Assembly: GCA_949358305.1 (NCBI GenBank)
Contig: OX442314.1
Location: forward strand, 13,702,001 to 13,766,000
Origin: Strigamia acuminata
Lineage: Eukaryota
Reading direction: 5' to 3'
Length of the DNA stretch: 64,000 nt
Shown: piece after piece, positions 37,588 to 50,505 of the stretch
Numbering within the stretch: the stretch's first letter is position 1
Layout of the letters: each line of letters begins with the position of its first letter
Notes under the pieces: model-generated
What the model saw: only the letters and a program-made list of their open reading frames with translations
What the model was told of the DNA's origin: nothing
The model's database searches: none
Position numbers and translations under genes: made by a program

Positions 37588-40405
37588 CTTTGAAAAAGCA
37601 ATTAAAATTATTTAAAAATCACTTTTCTTCTCAAATTTTTTCTCAATTATTTTTTCAAATGCAAATTTTAATTTAGAATATTTTTTTTTTCATTTAATTT
37701 TTTTTTACTAATTTAAATTCCAAAAATCCACCTTCAAAATAAAATAAAGAATTAATTCCTCAAAGAAAAAAAAATCCGGCCATAGTAATAATTTTAAGGT
37801 AATAAATATTCAGCTTTTCTCCCTTTACTTGCTTCTATCCACTAAAGAATAAGATGTAAATTTTAAAGTAAAAAAAAAAAAAAAAAATTTTGGACACAAA
37901 AAAAATCTAAGCATCGTGTGATAATTTTATTCCCTGCAATTCGGGTGGTTTCACTGCTTACTTTTGACTGAATTCAGTCGTTCAACATTTGGCAAAATTC
38001 CCAAACCCAAACCAAGCAACAACAAACCACCACAGAGGTATAAAACTAATGCAAATCCTCCGCTATTCAACCAACCAATTTCTTCATTAACCCACCCACC
38101 CTAGAACAACATATACAACGCATCCAACCAACCAACTTAAGCCTAGGTATTTCACCATGGAAATGGTTATTTCGCAGGTGAATCATGAGCCAGATGTTGC
38201 ATCATGAATACCGCACACAATTTCCGAATAAAAAAGAATTTCACTCATGAAATACGACGGCGGCAAGCAGAGAAACCGAGTATAAACAGCAATGCTGGTG
38301 GTCAGTGCCCAAAGCCAATTCCACTTTCGGTTGCAAATTGCAATGTTCAATTACATTTTGTGTGTTTTCTCTTTCTCCAGAATCCTTACCGCATCAATCA
38401 CAACACAAAATAAACACGCAAATAAGTTTACGCGCATTTTTACAAACACTGACAAGTATGAATAAAATAATAGTTATATTCAAAATACATGCAAACACAT
38501 CGATTTATATGTTTAAATGTTCAATAATTAGGTTAATCGGTACATTATTAAGTCATTTGAATGCAAAATAGAATATGAAACACTTTAAAAAAAAAAACGA
38601 TGGCCTAAATTCCATCCAGTAGCAGTTTCTTGGAATCCCCTTTTTAATTTTATTATTTTTATTTATTGAGTTAGCAAGGTGCAGATTATGAAGGTCTGCT
38701 CACTGCACAAGTTAACTGACACGGCGACTTTATCCCAATTTATGACGCTTGCACCAGCCCATGAAAAAAAATTTTTTCACGCCATCGAAGAGAAATTTCC
38801 AACCGTGGACTACACCGGGCCACCCAGATGGAAATAGAGAATACCGAGGGGAGCTAAAACTACCTGCATTTATAAAAAATAAAAAAATAATAAAAAATAT
38901 ATAAAAATCTCCCCGTTTTTTTTCTTTTTCATGTTTCCCAGTTAAGGTAAAAGTGTTTTTTTTTTTAAACTTTTTCCTACTTAGCTAATTTCCTGTAGAA
39001 ATTACACAAGCCAATCTACCTGTGTGCGTGCTTGTCACTTCAAACGGCCTTAAAACAGAAAAAATTCTTCAAAAATTTCACCCTAACAAATTTTAGTACC
39101 GACCTCACATCAAATTCAAAATAAAAAAAAAATAAAAAAAAAAGTAAATAAATAAAATAATTTAAACAAAAAATAAAAAATAAAAAAAATCGAGGCAATT
39201 TTCTAATTCAAAATTAAAACAAAAAAAAAATAAAAACAAAAAAACAAAAAAATAAAAAAATCGCTATCCAGGTGGTCATCTGTCTGCCCTCTGTCATTTT
39301 CATGACAAACTCTTGACAACTCTATTCTCTTTCTAATTACAGGGCCACGTCTCAGTTCCTTTCTAGCCGAGCTATTTGATTAGCAAGCGGGTATCTCTTA
39401 ATTGTCCGTAATGGCCTTGCAGAGGCCACACCTCTTGGCCAGCCACACCGCCTTCAAGGCCCGAGAATCCCGTCTGAGTCTACCATAGAATAGGGGAGGA
39501 GAATAACCTTGAAGCCATCAGATCGTGAGGCCAACTCACGGGCGGTCTTCAAACTGATCTGCCCGTACAAAGGTTTTTAACAACCCCCATCGAAGAAAAC
39601 GAAACCAAAAAAAAAAAATTATTTTCAAACTTTTTCTCCGAAATGACTTCTGTCCACTTGTGCTAAATCTAGACCAACCAATAAAGCCCAATTTTCACAC
39701 CCAAGGGCAACTCAACTTTACTCACAATGACCGGGCAATTTAACAAGAGCATCTGCTAAAACCCATGCTAGTCTAGCAATTAGCTTTGAGTGACCTCTAA
39801 TGACCAGCTGCAGGACCTCAATCCATGAATGAAGCAGGGGAGCGACGCAAATGCGACCGCCGCATTCACTACGCGTCCATGGGTCCGGCATTTTGTCCAC
39901 TGGGAACCATATATAGACGAGCAGAAAAACAGCTGGGTGGTGGGCAAGCAAGAGGGTCAGCAAAAACTAGAGGGGAAAGAAAGGATAATGGAAATAAGAC
40001 CAGCAGTGTGTGATCCATGACAACATGTGGTGCCGGGCAAAGCGTATTTGTCAATACATTTTTATTCCATTCTCAATATCAATAGACGGGGGAAGGAAGA
40101 AAAGAAACAACTGATATATATCAATATTGCGGATTCCATTATTATTTTCGTTCTTTTCAATTACCAATATGAAAATTTTAAATATTTTTCAACAAAAAAT
40201 CCAAAAATTAAATCATTTTGATGCAATTATTTCCAATAAAGCCTAGTTACATATTATTCTTAGTGCGCAGTGGTTATTTGACACCAAAATTGCCACAGCC
40301 TTAACCCGTTAGCTCAAACAAACAAAGTTCGCTATCAGTGCTTGAAAATAAACCTACTTAAGCCCACAATTTATTAGTTCAAATGATTCTCATTCCCACA
40401 GCGAC

Positions 40406-40593
40406 CAGGGCCGGCTGGAGGTTTTGCAAGGCCTTGAAAAAAAATTATTTGCCAAAAATCCTATAATTCTATTAAACATAATTTACATAAAGTTATATAC
40501 TCGACAAAAAATTCTATTATCAAATCTTAGAAATTTAAAATGTGGGTCCCCTTTGAGCGCGAGGCCGAAAAAATGACGTCTGAGCCGGCCCTG
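40406..40593. mobile_element. hAT-superfamily MITE (188 bp)
   Basis: Perfect 11-bp TIRs cagggccggct and agccggccctg; flanking 8-mers acagcgac and gcaccgac match 6/8, consistent with a decayed 8-bp TSD. Confidence 0.85.
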
Positions 40594-42459
40594 GCACCGA
40601 CAACATGCTTTTTGCACCGAAAATTCATCTAAAGACCTTCAGAAGCAAGTGGTGACGATGCCAAAAAAGTGAACTGATTAATCTCTCAGTCTAACCCACA
40701 AAAAAAAATTTTCCAAGAAAAAAAATGTTATCAGAATTGACAATTTGTTAACGATTAAACTAAAAAAAAAAAAAACATTTTAAAAAATACCCCAAAATAC
40801 CTAACCCCTGACACCGAAAAATTCAATCCAGTTTTGCCTAGTCAACAAAAAGAAATCCAGAAGGGTCGTCCTAGCAAAAGAACAGCCTGAGGCGAAGGGC
40901 GGTGTAATAACGGGGTGCAAAGCACTGATGGCACGTCACTACAGCTGACGAGGCCATTTTTAAGGTGGGGTGCAAAAGCCGCCAACAATTCGTTGGTAAA
41001 CTCCTTTTTCCATAACTCGCAACCACTCAACTCGTCATCCACATCCATCAACACGACACGAGTCCAACCGTCAAACGCATTCTCTTAACGGAGCTTGATC
41101 CCACATAGATTTACACCTATGAATAATACACGCAAAACCTGATCCCCCACCAATCACCCATTTCCACCACCACCGTTTCCCCCTAATCCCCACTGACCAT
41201 ACACTCCAAAGCCCAAACCAAAACAAAGCTTTCGACCTCTTACTTAATTCATCACCTACGACCTCTTTCGTAACTTTTATTTCCATTTCGCTGACCTCGT
41301 ACTTCACTTCAAATTACGTTACACGATGCCACAAATAACTACGACGCCATCGCCATGGTCATTCGATCCACGACGATGAGTCTCATTTCCGAATGAATTC
41401 CATGCTAGGTCATTGGGATTTTACGACCCGACCAGCAAACCCCCCCACTAAATAAAGACTCCCTGGTATTAAAAAAAAAATCCAATTCCCATTTATTGAC
41501 GTTCCGCTATGTGTACACACTTCTCGATTCAATCTTTTTCCAACACGCCCCCCAGCCCCCCCCCCATCTTTATCCAAGGAACCCTAGAGCCTGGACGGCG
41601 ACACACCAGCAAAGGAAACAGTACAATACTCACCCGACCACCGCATGTTCCAGAATGCCCCTTCAGTGAACCTTTCCTTTCACCTCGTGACATCTGTGGG
41701 GTCACCTCTTTGTGAGGTGCCCGGGATTCGAGACAACATCTTAGTCCAATTCAATTGCACGAAATAGTGCGGGCAAGGCTGTGCAGCAGAGGGGGTTTTC
41801 CTCCACCGCGTCCCCCCGTGGTTACCCAAGATTCCCCCGCGCATTCCCATTGGCCCACCTCAGACGTGTGGTGAACTCGGTGACAAGTTAACACAAAGCA
41901 AATTAACCGCCATGTCGCCCTCGTGGGAGAGGCGAGACTCACGTCACCTTTCACCGAAATAAGGGACTTTTTCTACCCGAGAGAGACGCACACCACCGGC
42001 GTCAAATGACAGGCTTGCTAAGAAGATGAGTAGTGCTGCTTGCTGCATTTTGACACATGGGACTCAACACCCCCTCACTATAATTCGACCACGTCATCCA
42101 TCGGAAAGTGGTGAAAGGAAAAGCGAAAACTTTTCTTCATGGACAAAAACAACTTGATCGCTCCCCCCAGACCAGAGCGCACAAATCATGATCCCAGGAC
42201 GAGAAAGAGGGATAAGTGGGGAGAGAAAGGGAGTCGTTAAATCCCTTCGTCACCTCAGCGGGTGTTGGGTCAGCGACTCAATCTGCCAGAATTTCCTCGC
42301 GCATTCACAAACCGGGAATCTCTTTAACCACCCATCTTTTCACAGCACCAGTCGAGCAATTGTGAATAGGACTCAAGGTTTCCATCCTAATTCCTTTTAT
42401 CACACAGCACTGCCCTCCAAAGTGTCGCCAATTACGTCCGGTGCTGTGTATCCGCTTAC

Positions 42460-42512
42460 CTGGTAACCCAGGTGGGCAAAGGTGTGGTGGTCACTGCGTG
42501 GGTGGGCAGTTA
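42460..42512 (-). other. Candidate 53-nt exon
   Basis: The - strand reads catcgcatttttccag| ... ttaccag|gtaagc; one frame is open (TAHPRSDHHTFAHLGYQ). Confidence 0.25.
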
Positions 42513-42920
42513 CTGGAAAAATGCGATGTAAAATTCTAGCGAGGAATTTTTTTTTAAAACCATTCGACTGTTTACGTTTAATTACCTCTTGGGAAAATGA
42601 GAAGAGGAAAGATGAGAGTAATAATAAATATTTTGCATCGAAATTGTATAGAATTACCGGATTAATGGGAATTCTGTGTTGGAGTAAAATGAAAATAGAT
42701 TTAACGGATTTTTTTCTTCTTTTTTTTTTACCAAAAATTTCATTTGGCTGAAAAAAAAATTAGTTTAAGTGTCTGGTTACACACGCAACTAACCGGTTTT
42801 TTTAATCTTCAAAATACCTGCATATTTCTAAATGCTCGGTTCAAACTGCTGACCACTCACACCGGCATGTTTTAAAACAAAAACAAAACGTAATCAAAGC
42901 ACAATACCAACAGTCAAAGC

Positions 42921-43404
42921 CTCTAAAAACGGATTGGTTGTTTTAATTAAATGTTGAGACCACTAAACATTTACAGTTCGCACCCGGTATCTTGATGCCC
43001 ATTCTGCGCAGACGATTTTCTAATTCCAGTTGTTATTTAGCAGCCTAATATTAAGCCTAATAGTGCTAAAATAAAGTAAATAAGCAACAATAAACTCATT
43101 AGTCATTATTAAAAGTAATTTACAGCGTAGTACCCAAAATATTTTTATTTATTTACCTTCTTTTTAGCATTATTAGGCCTAATATTAAGCTTAATACTGC
43201 TAAATAACAACTGGAATTAGAAAATCGTCTGCGCAGAATGATTTTAGCGGGCGCAAACTGTTAGTTAAAGACAACTTTAGGATTTTGTTGCCTAAAATAA
43301 ATTTATTAAAGGCAACAATAAATATAGTCAAATCAACAACAAGAGTTATTTAATCCTATTAAATTGTTTAATAGTCTTTAACCCAACCAAACGTTTTTAG
43401 AGTG
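42921..43404. mobile_element. CACT-ended non-autonomous DNA transposon (CACTA/EnSpm-like, tentative) hosting a nested element
   Basis: Left ctctaaaaacggattggttg is inverted relative to right caaccaaacgtttttagagtg; second inverted pair gaccactaaacattt and aattgtttaatagtc. Confidence 0.65.
42974..43260. mobile_element. Foldback MITE with long TIRs
   Basis: Perfect 44-bp inverted repeat at 43000-43043 and 43197-43240 with imperfect inner extension; outer ends cagttcgcacccg and cgggcgcaaactg (11/13); TTA on both flanks. Confidence 0.88.
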
Positions 43405-43649
43405 TAAAACGCCTATTATCCGAACATCGGTTAAACGAACAACCGGTTATCCGAACAGCAGCGATCCATTTTATTTATCGATTTATAACGACTTTCAACA
43501 CTTCTGATTTTTATTTTCGTAGCATGGGAAAAGGTGACAATTTTTTTCTCCACGATTGTACATAAACCTAATGTCCAATTAAGCAAACAAATCTGTTTTA
43601 CGAACACCTAAATTTCCCAATTAGTTCGGATAATCGGCATTCTTCCGTA
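43405..43649. mobile_element. pogo/Tigger-like MITE (second family)
   Basis: Inverted pair aaaacgcctattatccgaac and gttcggataatcggcattct; ttatccgaac repeated subterminally. Confidence 0.7.
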
Positions 43650-44880
43650 CTGCATTTCCACCAAACAAAAAAATAAAACATTCTAAGCATCTTCCAACTT
43701 TTTATTATTTTTAAAAATAAATAACAAAAAAAAAGGATAAAAAAAATAAAAATATAGAAAGGAAATGAAAAAAAAAAGTAACTTAAACTCCCCCTAGATT
43801 CTGTAACATCATCTTGCGTCTCCCATCTTTTTTCAAGTCTTCTAACCGAGAATAAGAAAATATGACAGCCGGAGGTAGACACAAACAGGAATGCAACTTG
43901 GGGAGTAGATTACCACAAGAAGAAAAAAAAAACTGAAAAGGATTTCTATTTTGGCCCGCAAAAGAGCAATGCTACAAGAAATTGAATTGCCCCTCGTCAC
44001 CCTCGACGTCGTTCATCAACTCGCTCCCACAACACCCCAAAAACTGCCCGCATTAAATAAAAAAAAATAAAAATAAAAAAAACCCACTGCACCACCCCAA
44101 TCCCTTTATTGCTGTTATTGCACCATGATATAACAACTCCCATCCTAAAAAACAACCAAAAAACAAAACCAATATCAAAAAAACAAAATTAATTAACCAA
44201 CTTTCGACCAAGTCATCCCCAAAACCCCCTTAAACTTATAAAAAAGAATGATGGCAACAAATTATGTAATACACAGTAATCATAATAAATTTTAAAAAAA
44301 TTACTCAATTTCGCTAAAAGCTATTAACCCTCCTTCTCGCAATGCCCCGTCCACGTATATATACCTTGGGCAGGTGTTATCAAGCAAAACCCAGTCTCCC
44401 CCTTGTTGCTTTTTATTCGAGACACGTGCTATGGGCAACCTGTCAAAACGAAACGAGTCCACCTGGCCTAAACCACGTCTCGTGATCGGTTGCTAGTAGC
44501 AACGAGCATCTTCAGCAATTCCGAGCGCTAGGAAGAAGCAACCCGACACTCCCACAGTCACCGAGAGAAGGTGGCGGTGAACCGCCAGGCGAAAGAATCC
44601 AATAATCAAGCCCTAAATGCTGCCTTGAAACGAACAATCGATCAAACTATTAATTAAACATCCGCACTTCAAAGTAATAACGCTCTCGAAGCGCTTCGAC
44701 GAGCTCTAAAATCCCTTTGACGCTTTATTGCAAGAAACCAGACGCAATTTAAATAAGGTGACGAAAGCAGACGACTCATAAATTGGTAGCTTGTTGTGAC
44801 GAGCCAATTATTTGCTCTGACTCGGCCATTAGCGTACCTTTTGTACTAATTTCGCAGGTAAACACAAGGTGGCTTTGTAG

Positions 44881-44945
44881 GTCATAAATCAGTACAAACG
44901 GACAGCAAGCTGCATGAATTTCATACGTGCAAATGGTGGCTGTCA
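44881..44945 (-). promoter_or_regulatory. Exd/Pbx-Hox motif plus Hth/Meis motif
   Basis: gtcataaatca (reverse complement of TGATTTATGAC) at 44881-44891 and ctgtca (reverse complement of TGACAG) at 44940-44945. Confidence 0.35.
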
Positions 44946-47900
44946 TATTGATTTCTGTTCCCCACCTCCCGCGAGTTTCAATCAATAAACGTTGGTTGCA
45001 AATCATGTCCTCTTTTGCTCATTTGCTCCCTTTCAACAACACAGACCATGCAAATATGCGCAGAAAACCAAAACTCCCAAATCGAAAAGAAAAAAAATAT
45101 CTTATATATATAGGAAATAAAAAATGTCAACAAAAATATTTTCTCACACATACATTTGTATGATAAAAAGTAACAGCTGACCGGATGAATGGCAACGTGC
45201 TAAATCAAATCGTCCCAGATTGAAATCTTAACGGCTCGCCGACTTCGGGACGAGCTACGAATGGCGACATACATGGTAATTGAAAACCCTTTGCAAGACA
45301 CGACGCGCGGAAATGCAACGCTGACATTACCATAAACAATAACTTGCAATACAAAAAATCGAATTGTCCATAAATCCCGTTCCCAGCTGACGTTTGTCGG
45401 GCTGAGAACTTCTATTCAACTCGTTTATACGCCGGCAAAAAATCTCCCGCTAGGGAGAGAATATAAAAGAGTAATTTCTTAGATATCGACTAAGCCCTAC
45501 TGAAAGAAGCACCAGGTAATGTGGAGCCATGTGTAAAGGAGATGCCTGAAATTAAACAAACTCGTACAAATCATTATTTGCATTGGTTTTCCCTTTTTAA
45601 AGCAGGATTGTTTATTAATTCTCAAGTCAAGAGGTAAACATATTAATACTTCGCGCACTATTTCACTTTCCAAGGCGGAAACAACAGGAAGTTATTAATA
45701 TTCCGCAGAAACAAACCAATAAATTCTGCATTTTGTTAAGAATTAAAAATATTAGTTGTGTGTTTACGTTTTATTCAAATAATAACCTTTAAAGAAGACG
45801 ACTATTAAGAATTTTATTTCTCTAAAAAAATAAAAAAATAATAAAAAAAACCTTTGCTGTATTTTTCTTTAAACCAGCTTTTTGTCCTTATTTTACAAGG
45901 CCTTTTAGAAAAACCGCAACACTTTGAAAAACACGCATTCAAAAATCTCCTTGCAAGGAAATGTGTCAGCAGCTAGCAAGCTCAACTTTTCATGACCCAG
46001 TGCAGGCCGCCATTCAAGTTTAAAGAGCGCGAAGAACAAAATGGACTGGCACATTGCAAGCCAAACCGAGTGGAAAGCCATGTTGGCAAAAGTGAGCAAA
46101 ACCCAACTGAATATGGGGCCACTATCCAAAAACCTTAAGCATTTTATCCCCTTTACAAAAGAAAAAAGAAAAAGAAGAGAGAAAAAAAATCACTATATTT
46201 CCATTTTAATGTACATAAAAAAAAGTGCACTAAAAAAAAATATATACATTTATATATCCATACAATACATCACTACTTCCAAGTGTGTGCGCAAGCGTGT
46301 TTTGGCTGCATTTCGAAACCCTTGCCAGTTTGAAGTACGAGTGTAGGCGGGTAGTGGTGATGGTAGCAGTGAGGACCTGTTTTTCTTCACACAAACTAAA
46401 TCGTATTGTATAATCAGTCATCAGCCTTGGAAGAAGCAAGCAGTTCACAGCTGCACTCTGGAATGGGTGAATACTCTCCCCTATTTCAAGGAGTTAACTG
46501 CACAAGTTGAATATAGACCCACAAAGATGCGAGGGCAAAGAAAAAAAAATCTCTTTTTCAAGTCCCATGAAAAGAAATTCTAAACCGATGACAGATCTCT
46601 CATTTAATTAAGAAAAAATTAATTTTTAACATGTTCTTTGAGCACTTCTTGCATTTTCCTAGTCAAACACATTTTTGGTGTTAATTATGCCACCTATAAT
46701 GATAATTTTATAATTGTTCAGCCTCGAATCCTCTTTTGGGTTGAAAAATTGATTAAGTAGCGACTAAACGCATTAAACTCGCAAGTAATTGCATATTTTT
46801 TGTCAGTAACTTGCTTAAATATGTTTAATCTTGAACCATATGGGTAAAGCTAAGATTTTGATCTCAATTCACGTATAGGGAACATCACTTCGAACTCATT
46901 TTGAGACCTTCAGCTTTAATATTAATCTTATTTTGGTGCAATTTAAGATTAAAATTAATACCTCCCGCTTTCAAATGACGTTATGTTGTTATGTACAAGT
47001 AATTGGTATTTTCTACCTCCAACAGTGAAATAACACAAACTTAGACCTAATTACAATCAAAATCCAATCCACGACAATAACGAAAAATTCAGTTCCCTTT
47101 AACTCATTTTCCTTAGAAATTCTCAACCACACCATTGCAACATTTTTTTTTTACTGTTTCTTCACTTCCGCCCTTAGAGAATCATTGCCACAAAAAATTT
47201 GATAGCAAAAAGTCTTAAACGAAGCAAAAAAAAAATAACAAAAATAATAAAAATAATAAAAAAAAAAAGATTTTTTATAATAATAATTTTTGAGACTTGA
47301 CCTACGCAACTCCATTTTAAAAAAAGACAAAAAGCAAAAACAAATCAATTTATTCATTTTTTTCCACTCGACTGTACAAGAAAATTATTACCATAATAAT
47401 GCATACATGAATATATATTATACTTAATAGCCCGGTTTGCAATCCGTCCCCACATTTGTTCTTTGCTCATTCAGACGAAGAAATGAAACGGAAAAATCAA
47501 ATTCATCACCTGCCAATTTTTAGTTCCTCATCACACACTGCGACAGGAAAGAGGGAAGTGTTGAGACGGTGGTCAAAATGGTAATAACAAGTCATTAGCC
47601 ATGTACCTCCACACACTACACAGACACTTATGTCCTTGTTCTCGCTCGGCTTAATTGTAATTATTTGTGCACATGATGTACAGCTAAAACTCCACCTGCG
47701 GGCGATGACGTGAAAAGACTTTGAGCATCGCCATATACGAAACCTAAGAACAATGAAAGACATTCAACAAAAAAATAAAAATCCCTCATTAATGTCTTTT
47801 CACTGTATAATTTTCCTTCCCCCACCTATTGCGTAGGTTCAAGCGTTTATCGCATGTGATAACATTTCCGAGTGGCCAGAAAAAGCGTTAACGGTGATTA

Positions 47901-50399
47901 ATTCAAAAAAGAAAAAGAAGAAGAAGAATCGAGGAGGAGTGTGACCACAAAGAGTAAAGACTTCTCCCTCTAACTAGCCGAACAAAAGCATCGTTTGTCT
48001 TGGGCCAAAATTGATTTAGTGCCGAATAAATGTGGCCTGGCATTTCAATAAGAAAACCGTCCTCAAAGATTTACGGCCCAAGAAAACCGTTTGCACTTGA
48101 TCATCGAACACCAAAGACCATCACAAGTCATACAGCACGATACGGGTGCAAATTGAGTGGAAAAACAATAATAAAATTCCCAACACCATGTTTCAAGTGT
48201 CACAAATCTTGTATCTCACTGATGTCCCCCAGGAACAGCGCACACAAACGTCAATGAAGCAAACAATAAAATATTCTCCCTTTCCACTGCCCCTCAATAG
48301 CGCGATTGTTTGATGCACACGACTGGCACGTAGCCTGCATACAATCACGTAGGCGGCTGCCACTTAATTGTCGCTCCATCGTAATAACCAACAGATTGGA
48401 TGTGCATACAACCCACCTCTAGGCAACCTTAGGTATGGTGTGCAAGTAGGGGCAATATCAAAGCGAACCCACCCTTAAATGTGCTAGAAATGTTCTATAT
48501 TGTGTCTCTTAAATGCAATGTGAAAGGTGAAAGCTTTTATCGAATTACCCAACGCTTGTTCATAAATTATTTCCTCGTTATTCTTAAGAGACATTAGAAA
48601 GCCATAAACTCGCATTAGATCTTAACAAATATCAATGGGTTTGTACGGCTTTAATGTTTTATCCAAACACAGGCCTAATGTGCTCTCTTAGTATGCACAC
48701 TGTTCATGTTGAATGTTGGTCGAGGAGATTGAAAAGCAACGTGACTGATGAGTTAGTTGTGTTTGAACAACAGTTAGATCTAGTTTGTTTGCTTGTTGTG
48801 TTACCAGCACAAAAGCCAAGGTTCAATTAACCTGTACGGTGTCGCATTAAACCACGATTGATTCCGAAACTGTTTAAAAATTTAAAAAAACTAAAATTTA
48901 ATATTAAGTCTGTAAAACAAAATTTACCGTTTTGCCTCCCAATAAAATATACCTCGCATTCGAAATTCAAAACTTGGGTAAATATTAGATGCAAAATCAA
49001 CATTTAAAACAGTCCTACCAATATCCCATTCCGCCATCCAATTTTCCATACATTCAGAACTTACATAAGCTTATCCCTCTCTAAACAATCTCTATGAAAA
49101 TGAAAACCTTGCCTATTCCATTAGCTACGCCAATTCACCTGTCATTTAAAACATCACAATAACTTACAACTTAGTCAAAATAAACTTCCGAATTCTCTGC
49201 ATAATTAAATCTACATTAAATAAATAATTTAAAAGCCTATTTCAGCTTTTTAGCTATTACTTTCAGGATCAATTCTGTAAATTGAAAACCTGCATGAAAA
49301 CAACATGTCCTCTGGCAGCATCGCATCTCAATGGCAATCAAAAGACAACATGTAATGGACGACCCAAAACCAATTTCTATATTTTTTCCGCATATTAAAA
49401 ACAAAATAAAAAAAAAAAAAATCTTGAAAGAAAAAAAATTGCTTCTTTTCCTTATCTGTGTGGGGTCCCTTTATCGCAAGCGTCCAGAAACGGGCGGCCG
49501 CACAAATTGCTCTTACCCTGTCTCTGCTGCCTTGAGCCAATGATATTCAGAGGATGATTGAGGACTCGTCCCGCATTACGTTGCCAACAAAAATATAGTC
49601 ACCTTACACACAACCCTTCGCACCAACCTCCGGTCAAACCCCAGAGCCGTCAACAGCCAACAAGCTGCAATTTGAGTGCACAATTTCACACATTTTTCAC
49701 CACATTCCAACAGGTATGTAAAACCCTTAACAATCTAGAAAATGTGTGCCAGTCTGGAATGAAGACTCTTGACAAATGAAAACTTATTTCCACATAACAA
49801 GCGGTTAAAAAACAAGACCTTTTCTCGCAAAGAGCAGGCGTAAATGATTTTTTAAACAGGAGAGGCCACGTCGTAACTCCTACAGCATCAAATCGTGATG
49901 GTTGGTCACTCCGGGGGACCTTTTTATCCCACCGTGTACATCTCAGCATGGTGTCCGCAGTCGCGACCTCACCCGTCCCTTTCACTTATCTCAAACAAAG
50001 TGGCAAATCAACATATGTAACCATAGAACCACATTGAAAAATCTGCATTGCATGTCAATAATGCACCTGCAGGAACAAAAGGCAAATCAAAGGAAAAATT
50101 TGATTAGAGGGCTTTGGCAAAAGCGGAACCAAAAATTAATTACCGCCATTCGCTCAGGCCATACCTATGGATTTTATACCCGCATTATACCAATCAAAAC
50201 ATGCCCTCCAGATTTAATCAAAGTTATTACGGAGCTTCCAATGTCATTTTCTTTTGCAACTTGATAAAAATGTTTTACTTCGATATTTTCAGGAAAAATT
50301 AAACTTTACAGCAAAATGGAACAATTTTAAAGCTCCGAATTGTGGCCTGGTCCATGCTGTGGCCTGTGCCCATTTAAACGCCCGATTTAATTGTGCAAG

Positions 50400-50505
50400 T
50401 CACTGATTTGCTGCAAAAATATCACCCATTTTGGTGCAAAAATCACCGATTTTGGTGTAAAAATCACCGATTCTGTTGTAAAAATCACCCATTTTGTTGT
50501 AAAAC
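50400..50505 (+). repeat. 21-bp minisatellite, about 5 copies
   Basis: tcacc(c/g)att(t/c)tg(g/t)tg(c/t)aaaaa starts at 50422, 50443, 50464 and 50485, plus a degenerate first unit. Confidence 0.92.
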
